DNA from: an uncultured Planctomycetota bacterium | GTDB taxonomy: Bacteria > Planctomycetota > Planctomycetia > Isosphaerales > Isosphaeraceae | Direction: 5' to 3' | Assembly: GCA_963823665.1 (NCBI GenBank) | Contig: CAWGMQ010000004.1 | Coordinates: 2,752,001 to 2,816,000, forward strand | Length of the DNA stretch: 64,000 bases | In this document: in pieces, positions 10,597 through 20,220 of the stretch | Position numbering within the stretch: position 1 is the stretch's first letter | How the letters are laid out: every line of letters begins with the position of its first letter | Position numbers and translations under genes: made by a program | The notes under the pieces: model-generated | Told to the model about the DNA's origin: nothing | The model's database searches: none | What the model saw: only the letters and a program-made list of their open reading frames with translations

Positions 10597-12383
10597 TAGG
10601 ATTTTCGCAAGCGCTCCCGCCCGTAAACAAGTCCACCGGGTGATCTCGGTGAAATCCGGAAAACGAGATAAGTGCGGTCGTCGCGGACGGACGGTCCGCG
10701 GGCGATGATCTCGACGTGGCCAAGCCGCTCTAGCCCGGGCAAATCGCGCTCCCGGCCCACAACCACAAACACTGAGGGATCATGGCTCTGGCCACGAGCC
10801 GAATCGGCCGATTGTAGATTCGAGCGTGCACCACGCCACCTGATGTGGCTGCAGTCCCGTAGTGAGGCGGCACCCTGGTGCCAGCAGACGGGCCGGCCCA
10901 GGTAGAAGAGTCGAACGGCCAGGTCGTGGGGAACGGCGCCGAACGGGCACTCGTAAGGCAGCCGGTCCCAGTCATCGTAGAGTAAGGTGAGCGACGCGGT
11001 GGATGGGATCGCCCGGCCGATCGACTCGTAGAAGCCCCATTCGATTCCGCGGCGGTGGAAGCGTGGCGCAATCAGCCACAGGCACGTGCCGTACGCGACA
11101 GCAATCGTGACGAACCCACTCCAGGCTGCGGTGCGCAGCCGCGACCGATTCCAGCCGCGGCGCCTCAGCCATTCCCCAATGTCCGAGAGCGCCATCCCGG
11201 CCCAGATGGACCAGGGCACCTGGGCCGCAATCGCGTAATGAGCGTTTTTCACCGACGGTAGGGCAAGGAGTGCCAGCGGGGCTGCGGTCCACACCCAGAG
11301 CAGGCGATCACCGAGCCTGACCGCCGGCGGAACCTCGAAATGGATCGACTGCTCACCATGGCGCCGGCCGACACGCGCGAGATCGAGTGCGCGGCCGAGC
11401 GATCGGTATGAGCCGGCAAGGGCGAGGGGTGTCCACGGAAGCGCCTGTGCCAAGATCGAAGGAATGTACTCCCACCAGGGTTCACCGGCAAAGGGGCCGG
11501 CACCGATCGGCCCATTCAGGCGGTCGGCGACGTGCATGCTCCAGAGCGCAAGCGCACCGCCGCCGTGGCGTGCGATCATGAGCAGCGGCCAGGCCAGAGC
11601 CAGGGAAATGGCCAGGAACCACCCGGCGGGAAAGAAAAGCCTGCGAAGTGTGAGGCCGTCGCGTTGCCAGAGTAGCATCGCGGCGACGATTGGCATCACA
11701 ATCGCCGCGCCGAAGCCAATGCCCTTCACGAGGGCCGTGGCCCCCAGCAGGCCGAAGAACATCCACCGGGCGAGCCGCCAACGCTGACCGGCGTGCTCGT
11801 GCTCCGCGCTGGTGGTCGTGGTCGCCGCGGCTGCGAGCAGCTTGTCGAACGCGACGAGCGACCAGGTGATCATGCACGCAAGGAGGACGTCGGCCTCGGC
11901 CAGCCGGCCGCGGAACACTGTCCACGCGGTTGTGGCCTGGATGGCGCCCGAGAGCATGGCGATCGTCGGACCGAAGTGCCGCGTGGCGAGCACGGCGACG
12001 CCCAGTGTCAAAGCGATTGCCGCCAGGGCCGAGGGAAGTCGGGCCACTGCCTCATTCACGCCGCCTGAAAGTCGTCCCACCGCTGCGGCGAGCCACCAGG
12101 GCAAGGGAGGTTTCTCGAGCCACGGCAGACCCCCGATTGTGGGGTAGGTCCACTCGCCGGAATGGAGAATCTCTCTCGCTCCTTGTGCAACGAACGCCTC
12201 ATGATAGGTCAATCGGGCCGATCGCCCCAGACCCGGAAACAAGGTCAGGGCGGCCAAACCTATCAAGCAGGCGAGATGCAAAGGGCTGGGAGCCTGGGCG
12301 CGTAGTGCGACCGATGGTCGTCGGTCCGAGACCGTGCGCAAGAGCGCGCTTCCTTTGTGAGACGTGAAGGGGCCGGTCGACAT
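10593..12383 (-). CDS. ArnT/PMT-family (GT39/GT83) glycosyltransferase
   Basis: HEAFVAQGAREIL, PWLEKPPLPWW, ARLPSALA, LVKGIGFG motifs. Confidence 0.85.
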   Translation of the reverse strand: MSTGPFTSHKGSALLRTVSDRRPSVALRAQAPSPLHLACLIGLAALTLFPGLGRSARLTYHEAFVAQGAREILHSGEWTYPTIGGLPWLEKPPLPWWLAAAVGRLSGGVNEAVARLPSALAAIALTLGVAVLATRHFGPTIAMLSGAIQATTAWTVFRGRLAEADVLLACMITWSLVAFDKLLAAAATTTTSAEHEHAGQRWRLARWMFFGLLGATALVKGIGFGAAIVMPIVAAMLLWQRDGLTLRRLFFPAGWFLAISLALAWPLLMIARHGGGALALWSMHVADRLNGPIGAGPFAGEPWWEYIPSILAQALPWTPLALAGSYRSLGRALDLARVGRRHGEQSIHFEVPPAVRLGDRLLWVWTAAPLALLALPSVKNAHYAIAAQVPWSIWAGMALSDIGEWLRRRGWNRSRLRTAAWSGFVTIAVAYGTCLWLIAPRFHRRGIEWGFYESIGRAIPSTASLTLLYDDWDRLPYECPFGAVPHDLAVRLFYLGRPVCWHQGAASLRDCSHIRWRGARSNLQSADSARGQSHDPSVFVVVGRERDLPGLERLGHVEIIARGPSVRDDRTYLVFRISPRSPGGLVYGRERLRKSY

Positions 12384-12456
12384 CCTGTCTTGCGGCGCAC
12401 GGGATCATCCAGAAAGCGACCGCAAGTGTCAATGCGAAGCCGCAACTATGGCGAGC

Positions 12457-13176
12457 TCACTTCCGGGGTGTCGGCTTATCGTCGCCTTCGTCGGTCCACT
12501 GGCGGCCGACCTGGTCGATGGAACGCGGCAGTGAAACCTTGGGGACTTCGTATCCAATCGACTGGCATCGCTTCTCGCGGATCGCTGCGCTGTTGACCTT
12601 GAACTCCTTGTCGCGCGCGGCGATCACGTCATCGGCGAGCTGACCGTCACCGGTGACTGCCCACATCAAGAGCGGTTCGCCCATGGGCACCGGAGTGCTC
12701 GGGTCGGGCCAGGTGTGCCAGGTCTTTCCCCAAGTGGTGAGCAATGCCTTCATGAAGGCATCTTCTCCCTCTGGCTTCATGGTGGGCGCAATCAGTCCGC
12801 CGGCGAGCACCTCATAGGTGTGCGGGTGCCAGTATTTCTTCTCCGTTTCGGGCAGCTCGCGATAAATTCGGTCGGAAACGATGTATTCGACCCCGATCAA
12901 TCTGGCGTTCTTCTCATAAGAATCGTAAAGCAAGCACTGATGCATCTCGTCGGATCGGGACATGCAGTAGTGCTGCGTGATTAGCTGGAATTTCGGGTTA
13001 TTTTTGGCAATGTGAATGCCGCAGAAGTGCAGGTGAAGTGCCTGCGCCGGGGCCATCATACCCCGGTCGGCATTTTCCTTGTCGCTGCCTGCGTGTCCAT
13101 CGGACCCGCGTGCCTCGCCGCCCAAGGAAACGCCGATTCCTGAACCTACGATTCCAAGCCAGTGCCGCCGATCCAT
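12457..13176 (-). CDS. DUF1264/OBAP family protein with Tat-like signal
   Basis: MDRRHWLG twin-arginine start; QHYC, QCLLYD, ARLIGVEY, KKYWHPHTYEV, TWGKTWHTW. Confidence 0.85.
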   Translation of the reverse strand: MDRRHWLGIVGSGIGVSLGGEARGSDGHAGSDKENADRGMMAPAQALHLHFCGIHIAKNNPKFQLITQHYCMSRSDEMHQCLLYDSYEKNARLIGVEYIVSDRIYRELPETEKKYWHPHTYEVLAGGLIAPTMKPEGEDAFMKALLTTWGKTWHTWPDPSTPVPMGEPLLMWAVTGDGQLADDVIAARDKEFKVNSAAIREKRCQSIGYEVPKVSLPRSIDQVGRQWTDEGDDKPTPRK

Positions 13177-13336
13177 CGTTTATGTCCTCGCAATCGATAA
13201 AGGATAGGCCTCTCATCTATGCCCGTGTGGGCAGGCACAGGCCGTGTGCCGGACGTCCCTCGCCATTGATGAAGACACGGGCTCGAATCTACACTGAGGT
13301 TGGGTGGGAAGTCGATACTGGGCCGAGGGCACATTG

Positions 13337-14309
13337 ATGCGCACCGATTGCACGGCTGCTGGTGGTCGCAGAAATCAGCGGTCGCCGCGAACGCTTATCA
13401 TTGCGACGCTGTCAACGACGCTCGTGTGCGGGTGTAACGCAGAAGAGGCCGCCCACTATGCCAGCTATAGCCGCACAAAACTCGGGGATGCGCCCGCCGC
13501 GGGGAAGTCGGAACCAGCGCCCACTACGCGCACCAGCCCAGAAGGCCGGCGAGGGTTCCACTGCGCCTCGCAAGACCGAGCGGAAGATCATCTACGACGC
13601 TCGCATCGAGCTGGTGGTCGACAGCCTTTCTGCTACGGAGCAGGCGATTTTGAAGATCATCAAGGAGAACGATGGTTTTCTTGCCGAGTCGGACCAGACC
13701 AGCGCCCAGCAAAACCAGCGGCACGCGACGTGGCGGGTGCGCGTGCCGGTGGCGAATTTTGACGCGTTCGTGGGGGCCGCGGTCAAGCTCGGGGAGGTGC
13801 AGCGGAATCATGTGGGATCGCAGGATGTCACCGAAGAGTACCTTGACCTGGACGCCCGGATCCGCAACAAGCGCGAGGAAGAGAAACGCTTGCTCAAGCA
13901 CCTGGCGGATTCGACGGGCAAGCTGGACGACATATTGGCTGTGGAGCGCGAGCTGAGCCGGGTGCGCGGAGAGGCCGAGCAAATGGAAGGCCGGCTTCGG
14001 TTTCTCGCCGACCGGGCCGATCTTTCGACCGTCACGATCGAGGCCAATGAATGGAAGGACTACAAGCCGTCGGTTGCCGCGTCGTTTGGAACGCAGATCA
14101 GCCGCACGTTCTTCAACTCCGTCGAGCGGCTCGTCGAGTTCGGCAAGGGATTCTCGATTGTGGTTGTTGCGCTCTTGCCCTGGATACCGCTGATGCTGAT
14201 CGGATTGGTGCTGGCGAGGTGGCTTATTCGTTACGCGAATAGGTCTGCGCGGCGCACAGCGGGGCGCACCGAACTCCTTCTCTCGCCTCAACCGGAGGCG
14301 AGGGGCTGA
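13337..14309 (+). CDS. DUF4349 domain lipoprotein; frameshift near 13525
   Basis: Lipobox-like VCGC in the 13304 frame, then RKIIYDARIEL, RVPV, QDVTEEYLDLDARI, ERELSRVRGE and a C-terminal TM helix in the 13362 frame. Confidence 0.85.
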
Positions 14310-14321
14310 ATGGGCTTTTGA

Positions 14322-14378
14322 GCGGGCGGCACACGGAGTGTGCCTGCTACACCGGAGCAATGGCACAGCCAGTGCCAC
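14322..14378. repeat. Composite REP element, copy 1 (GTAG-type palindrome plus gccagtgccac unit)
   Basis: gcggcacacggagtgtgcctgctac followed by tggcacagccagtgccac; homologous to the copies at 24037 and 33131. Confidence 0.8.
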
Positions 14379-14611
14379 ACGTGCGTCGCACGCATGCCGG
14401 ACTTTGACGGTCGCTTCGATTCGCACGATTTTATCAATTCATGAAAGCACAAAGTTGGCGGCGGGAGTTGCGACGGGGCAATTCCGCCGTACATTCTTAT
14501 TAAAGCAGTTTGTGCCGGCTCGACGCGCGGCGGCCGCGTTCGGGGACAAGGGTGACGTGGGAGCAAGGAATTCAGGGAAAACGAGCTTTCCGGAAACGAA
14601 GGGAGTGAAAT

Positions 14612-16345
14612 ATGACCACTTCAGCACAAATCAGACGCAATCAGCAGAATGCCAAACATAGCACTGGTCCTCGGACGATTGAGGGGAAGAGTCGTTCGAA
14701 ATACAACGCCGTGAAGCATGCTTGTACCGCGAAGCTCGTATTGCTGCCGGCGGAGCAGCCTACGGAGTTCAACAAGCGGACAATAGCGTTTTTTGAGCAT
14801 TTCATGCCGCAGAATCCGTACGAGGTGGTTCTGACGGAGGACGCGGTTTATTGCTCATGGCAGCTCCAGCGGTGTCGCGAGGCGGCGTGGTCGCGGATGC
14901 ATCAGAAGGCTGTCATGGGCGATGCCGACGAACTGCAACGGCTGGAGAACGAGGTGACCGAGCTGTCGGGGGAGCTGTTCCGCGCACCGAACGGGAGGCC
15001 GACCGCGCTGCCGCAGTCTGAACTGCCGGATGCGGAAGCGGGCAAAGCGAGCAAAGGGAAGTACGTCGCCGCGGGGGACGAGCGCCCGGGACGCGTGCTC
15101 CGGGGGCTTGAGTCGAACGAGTTCGGCGTCAGTTGGCTGCTCATCGAGTGGAATGCGCTGCTTGCGCCGATTGAGCGGGGCGAGGGATGGAACGCGTCGG
15201 AGCGATTTCGCGCCACGCGGCTGCTGGGGATTCATCCCATGGACGCCTATTTGAATGACGATCTCACGTCGATGCTCCAGGCGTGCCAGACGCTCGACCC
15301 GACGGCGGGATGCCTGGTCAGCGAGGTGTGGAACGGCGTTGTGTCAGCGAATGACCTGCCGGCGCTTGAAAACCAATATCAGCGGCTGGTCGAGCAGAGG
15401 CCCACGATGGACCGGGACGCGGCGCGGGAGCATTTGATCGGGATGGTTCGCCTGGAGGTCGAGCGACTCGAAGGAAAGGCACGCGAGCATCAGATGCGGG
15501 CCGAGCTCAAGGCCGAGCTGGGGCACGATCTCGCCAAGTTCGATCTGAGCCACGAGGGGCTGCTCATGTTGCGGTACGAATTTGCATGGCGCCGGTTGAT
15601 GGACAGGAAGACGAAGGAGCTGGAGAAACTGAACGAGGAACGATCGAAGAAAGGCTGGGGACGCAGCAACACCTATCTTCGGCCGTCGGCGGGTTGGCTG
15701 CAAACAGATGATCATGATCTTCAGGATGATGATCATGATCATGAACAAGACGTTTGCGCCGGTTTGAACGGTGGTGACGAGGCTACGGCTGGTGTGGATA
15801 CGGATGAGCAATCGCCGGCGGTTGTACCGCGGCGCCATGAGGCTGCTGGGCTGGGTCTTGCGGTTTTGCGAAACGAACCCAAGGACGTAAATCATGCGAC
15901 TGGAGGGACAACGGATGATACGGGGGGCTCGTTGCGAAACGAACCCAAGGACGTAAGTCGCGCGGTTGAAGGGACAACGGATGATGCGGGGGGCTCGTTG
16001 CGAAACGAACCCAAGGACGTAAATGGTGCGATAGAAGGGACAACGGAAGATGCGAGGGGCTCGTTCCGAAACGAACCCACCGTGGTTTCCGAGGCTGTTG
16101 CGGTCGGTCGCGGCGACGGCGACGACAAAGACGAATTGGTGCGAAACGAACGCGGGGTGGTGCGGTCTGTGCGGTTTGATAAGGGCGTGATCGGGGCGAT
16201 GCGTGATTCGCAGCAGCTCTTGCGACCGGGGATTGGTCTGCGGGACGCCGTTCGACTCGGAAATCGAGATGGCGGGGACGGCGGAGGGTCGCGGCGTGAG
16301 CGGAGGCTCAGGAAGAAGGAGGAGGCGCGGGCAGGGGCGAGATGA
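14612..16345 (+). CDS. Hypothetical protein of the 'N..NA..STGPRT.EGK..S..NA.KH' family with C-terminal RNEP repeats
   Basis: 577-aa ORF; N-terminal motif TSAQIRRNQQNAKHSTGPRTIEGKSRSKYNAVKH; 22-aa repeats LRNEPKDV. Confidence 0.75.
   Translation: MTTSAQIRRNQQNAKHSTGPRTIEGKSRSKYNAVKHACTAKLVLLPAEQPTEFNKRTIAFFEHFMPQNPYEVVLTEDAVYCSWQLQRCREAAWSRMHQKAVMGDADELQRLENEVTELSGELFRAPNGRPTALPQSELPDAEAGKASKGKYVAAGDERPGRVLRGLESNEFGVSWLLIEWNALLAPIERGEGWNASERFRATRLLGIHPMDAYLNDDLTSMLQACQTLDPTAGCLVSEVWNGVVSANDLPALENQYQRLVEQRPTMDRDAAREHLIGMVRLEVERLEGKAREHQMRAELKAELGHDLAKFDLSHEGLLMLRYEFAWRRLMDRKTKELEKLNEERSKKGWGRSNTYLRPSAGWLQTDDHDLQDDDHDHEQDVCAGLNGGDEATAGVDTDEQSPAVVPRRHEAAGLGLAVLRNEPKDVNHATGGTTDDTGGSLRNEPKDVSRAVEGTTDDAGGSLRNEPKDVNGAIEGTTEDARGSFRNEPTVVSEAVAVGRGDGDDKDELVRNERGVVRSVRFDKGVIGAMRDSQQLLRPGIGLRDAVRLGNRDGGDGGGSRRERRLRKKEEARAGAR
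15866..16080 (+). repeat. 66-bp in-frame tandem repeat (about 3.3 copies)
   Basis: tt(g/c)cgaaacgaaccca starts at 15866, 15932, 15998 and 16064. Confidence 0.9.
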
Positions 16346-16349
16346 GCGT

Positions 16350-16390
16350 TTGTCAGTTGTCAGTTGCCAGTTGCCAGTTGTCAGTTGTTT
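16350..16390. repeat. Heptamer tandem repeat cagttg(t/c), about 5 copies
   Basis: ttgtcagttgtcagttgccagttgccagttgtcagttgt; a similar tract lies near 62800. Confidence 0.8.
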
Positions 16391-16978
16391 GTTGGGTCTT
16401 TGACAATTTGAATGAATGGTGAAAGCGCCGACTTGAGTGGCGGCCGTGAACGGCTGGGGGTTCGCGGCGCGCCACTCGGCGCTGGTGGGCTTTCGGTCTC
16501 AATTCAAGGGTGCGTCGGCACGCCTGCGATCGACTCGGTTTTGGCTTCCTTGAAGTCAGGGAGCACGAAATCAGCAGGGGCGGGTGGGAATGCAGTGCTC
16601 GGGACTGACACCGTGCACCACTCAGCGATTCCGGAACGCGACAAAACGAATGTCTCCTCGGTAGGCCCGTTCGAATCGGTGCGAGTTCGACCCGTGATTT
16701 CATAAGTCATTGAACAGAAGGTAACGAAGGCAACAAAGAAGAAGGGGATTCTGGTCCCGATCTTGGGCGCCTGGCGTCGAATCCTCTTCTTCGCCGCCCG
16801 GGTGCGAGGGAGAAGAAACTCTCTCGCTTCGAAACCTGGATAAGCGCTTTGACTGGCCAAGTTCAACTTCTCACCGGGCCAGCCTCGCACTCCCGAAATC
16901 GCGAAATGCCGTTTCGTTGGTTTCTCTGCGCCGATCTGTAAGTCCTCGTTTGCACGAGCGGTTTGGCCAGCACGGCGC

Positions 16979-17260
16979 TCATGGCATGATCGGTTTGGCG
17001 ACGGCGGTGTTCAGATCGAGTGTGCTTCCCAGGTACCTTGCGAGGATGACAACAAACCGGCGCTCGTCGTTCTGATATTTATCGCCGGAGCGCATTAATT
17101 CGGTGAGCGAGGCTCTCCCTTCTGGTGCGCCGGGGGCTGCTTCGGCGAGGTACGCTTGCTCGGCGGCATCGCAACGCTTGGCGGCATCGGCGAGAATTCC
17201 ATGCTCCATTCTTGAAAGCTCGCCGAGCGACAGCTCGCAATCCAGATAGATTCGCTCCAC
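16979..17260 (-). pseudogene. Probable C-terminal remnant of a TolC/outer-membrane efflux family gene
   Basis: Ends RRFVVILARYLGSTLDLNTAVAKPIMP, resembling planctomycete TolC C-termini; an in-frame stop lies just upstream. Confidence 0.45.
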
Positions 17261-17371
17261 GTCATCGCAATCCGTCTTCTACTGCCCGGCCGCCCGGGGT
17301 TGCTCACAAGTTTTACCAGAATTCGTCCGATGCCGGCCGAGACAGCACAAGCCACAGCCTGATCGCCGCCG

Positions 17372-17851
17372 TCACTCCGGAGGCATCTCCTCTTCCTGCG
17401 GCATCTCCTCTTCCTGCGGCTCTTCCTCGAGCAGCCAGAGTGGATGGCGGGCGATTTCTACGTCTTCGGAGACCAGGAGCAAATCGTATCGTCCGGGGGC
17501 CGAGACACGAATTTTCAGATCGCGGAATGCGAAGCGGTGAGGCATCAGGGGGTCGTCGTGCTTGACGGGCGGGTCGGCGCGCACTGCCCAGAGAAGATCG
17601 CCCTGTGAATCTTCGAGGCGCAGCTCGAGCCGGTACTTGCCATGGAGCTCGGTCAGGTGTGCGTAAACCGCAAATTTGATCGACCCGGGAAATGCAGCGA
17701 GGCGGAATGCGCTGCGAGGCGCGAAGAGAAGGTATTCGCCGGAATGGTGGTCCTCGAAGATCTCGCGACAGACCACAAACGCCTGGACGTAGGGCTCCGG
17801 GGGTAGCTTCTTCATGATGTGCCGCCAGTCTTGCGCGAAAACCCCGATCAC
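17372..17851 (-). CDS. DUF6941-like hypothetical protein
   Basis: PYVQAFVVCREIFED..SG..LF and PGRYDLLL motifs; acidic repeat tail (PQEEEM)x2; true start may be MKKLPPEP. Confidence 0.6.
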   Translation of the reverse strand: MIGVFAQDWRHIMKKLPPEPYVQAFVVCREIFEDHHSGEYLLFAPRSAFRLAAFPGSIKFAVYAHLTELHGKYRLELRLEDSQGDLLWAVRADPPVKHDDPLMPHRFAFRDLKIRVSAPGRYDLLLVSEDVEIARHPLWLLEEEPQEEEMPQEEEMPPE

Positions 17852-18921
17852 GAGTGGCCGTCCACTCTGCCGCCGGTGGGGTCGGTTCCGGCGAGTCTGA
17901 GGAGCCGGGCGGCCAGGTTATTGTAAGTTGACGGACTGTCGCGGTCGAATACAACTCGCGGCGACAGCCCCACGACGCGGCCGGCGCCGAGTCGCAGCAG
18001 AGCGCGGCGGCAGGCCGTGAGCTTGCCGGACGGCAGTAATGCCGTTACCCGCCAGCCGGGGTTGCCTCGGTCGTCCCAGATCTCGCCGCGGGCGATGTGC
18101 GAGGCACCCTGGTCGCGCAGATGGTCGGCAACCAGGGCGGCACGTTCGCGGCCGCCGGTCTCGGCTCCGCCAACAACTTCGACGTGCAGCCACCCCTCCG
18201 CGCCCCGAACACCGTCGATTGAATCGAGCAGAAGTGCGAGGGCTCCGGTTTCGCTCTCGCTGGCCAGCGCGGCCAGGCCCGGCGCGTGGCCGATCAAGCA
18301 GGCGGCGGAGACCAGAACGGTGCCGTCCTCGATTTCGCGAAGGCGATTGTCCTTGAGCGTGATCCCGGAGCTTGCCAGGTCGACGATCACGTCGGCGATT
18401 CCCAGGCTCGGATGCAGCTCCAGAGCGCCTTCGGAATTTACCAACTGGTAGTAATAGATCCCATGCCGGCGAAAGTACTGGCGCACGAGCGCAGGGTACT
18501 TGGTTGAAACACGGAACGTGCGGCCGGATGCTTTGAACTCGGTGGTGAGGTCGATCAAGTCCATGATGTGGCTGACGTCGATCCAGCTCTCGGGGACGGC
18601 CACGGCCAGCCGGCAGCCACCGAAGCCAAGGTCGGGAATCACGACCTGAGCCTTGTCGGCCTCGAGCGCGTGCTCGGCGAAGACGTCGTAGCCCGTCACA
18701 CCAAGCTGGCACCGCCCTTCTTGCACCTGGACGACGATATCGGAAGGCCTCATGAAAACGACATGGAAGCGGCTGTGGCCCACGATTGTCGCTTCATACT
18801 GGCGGTCACTGGCCCGGCGCACGCGGTATCCGGCAGTCTTGAGCAGCTCGATCGTCCCGTCGTAGAGGTTTCCCTTGGACGGAAGCGCCAGCCGGATGGT
18901 GTCGATCGCGCCGGTGTTCAT
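17848..18921 (-). CDS. hisG: ATP phosphoribosyltransferase
   Basis: RLALPSKG, MRPSDI, LGVTGYD, DLGFGGCRL, STKYP, EGALELHPSLGIADVIVDLASSGITLKDNRL; ATG at 18921. Confidence 0.95.
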   Translation of the reverse strand: MNTGAIDTIRLALPSKGNLYDGTIELLKTAGYRVRRASDRQYEATIVGHSRFHVVFMRPSDIVVQVQEGRCQLGVTGYDVFAEHALEADKAQVVIPDLGFGGCRLAVAVPESWIDVSHIMDLIDLTTEFKASGRTFRVSTKYPALVRQYFRRHGIYYYQLVNSEGALELHPSLGIADVIVDLASSGITLKDNRLREIEDGTVLVSAACLIGHAPGLAALASESETGALALLLDSIDGVRGAEGWLHVEVVGGAETGGRERAALVADHLRDQGASHIARGEIWDDRGNPGWRVTALLPSGKLTACRRALLRLGAGRVVGLSPRVVFDRDSPSTYNNLAARLLRLAGTDPTGGRVDGHS

Positions 18922-18955
18922 TTGCGGAGGATTCTTGTTGAGAACCAGAATTCGA

Positions 18956-20220
18956 TCAAGGGGCAGCCGCGCCGGGCGGCCGCGCCGCGCAGGCCTCGGC
19001 AAGACGCTCGAGCCCGAATGCAAAGCCGGCCCCGCGGTCGTCGCGGCTGCTGCCGAGCACGTGGGCCAGCCCGTCGTACCGGCCACCACCGCAGACTTCG
19101 AGCGAGCCCGAAGGGGCACTGACCTCGAGCCCGAAGATCATCTGGGTATAGAAGCCGATGCCCCGGCTGAATCCGAGGTCGAGCTCGACGCGTGCCTCGA
19201 GGACGCCACGCCGGGCGAGCTCTGCGACCAGCTCGCCTAGCGCGGCGACCGAAACCGGGGCGAGTGCGGCGAACTTCTCATTGAGCCGGACCATGACTTC
19301 CCAGGCCGGCCCGTGCAGCCCGGCCAGAACATGAAACTGGTCGCGTACTCGCCCCAGAATGTCAGACAGCGAGTGGCTCAAATTCCACTTCCGGCGCAGG
19401 CGGTGGATGATCTCGTGACCCGAGCGCCGGCCGGTGACATGGGGCACGAGCTGGCGGAACAAGCGATCCACGCCCCGATCGTCGGCCGTGCTCACGGCCG
19501 GCACGATCAGATCGGCCTCACCTCCGGACCGGAGCCAGCCCACCAGGCGGTCGAGCACGGCGTCCAAGGCCTGGATCCCCTGGTCCTCGGCGGCCGCGGC
19601 GCTCATCATCTCGACCAGCGCCGAGCTTGCCTCGGGCGGCAGCCCGGCGTGCGCCATGATCTCCAGAATCAACCCGACATGGCCGATCCGGACGGTTCGC
19701 ATCTCGACCCGAAACTGCTGCGAGCGACCGGTCGGCGAGAGCGATCACCTCGGCGTCGGCAGCAGGGCCGCCGGCGCCCAGCAGCTCGACTCCGACCTGG
19801 TTGAACTCGCGCAGCCGGTTCGAGCCTGTCTCGCCTTCGTAGCGAAAGACGGGCCCGGAGCTGCTGACCCGCCAGGGCAGGGGGGGGCACTCGCGCGCCT
19901 GGGTAAAGGCGCGGACGATGCTTGCCGTCAGCTCGGGTCGGAGGCAAACTCCCGACGGGCCCCCCGAATCGAGCTCGAAGAGCTTGGAGACGATACCCGC
20001 GCCGCTCTTGCGCTCGTGCAGCTCGGTGAATTCGAGGATCGGCGTGCGTATCATCTCGTATCCGGCATGCGGCGAAGCTCTCAAGAAGCCGCCGCTCGAG
20101 CTCGCCGTACCGTGCGCAGTCCGGCGGCAGCCAGTCGCGTGTGCCGCGAACCAGCTCGATGGCCCGTTCGAGCGCCGGGTCGTCCTCTACCCGCCGAAGT
20201 CCGGCGGCCGGTGCGGTCAT
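18956..20220 (-). CDS. hisZ: ATP phosphoribosyltransferase regulatory subunit; two frameshifts (near 20070 and 19700)
   Basis: GTRDWLP, TPILE, LRPELTASIVR, GPVFRYE, REFNQVGVEL, RGIGFYT, GGGRYDGL and GFAFGLERL spread over three frames; lies between hisS and hisG. Confidence 0.85.

Noticed and set aside
15866..16080. CRISPR-like 66-bp periodicity
   Set aside because: The spacers are similar to each other (gggacaacgga.gat.cg.ggggctcg), the period is a multiple of 3 within an ORF, and no cas genes are present.
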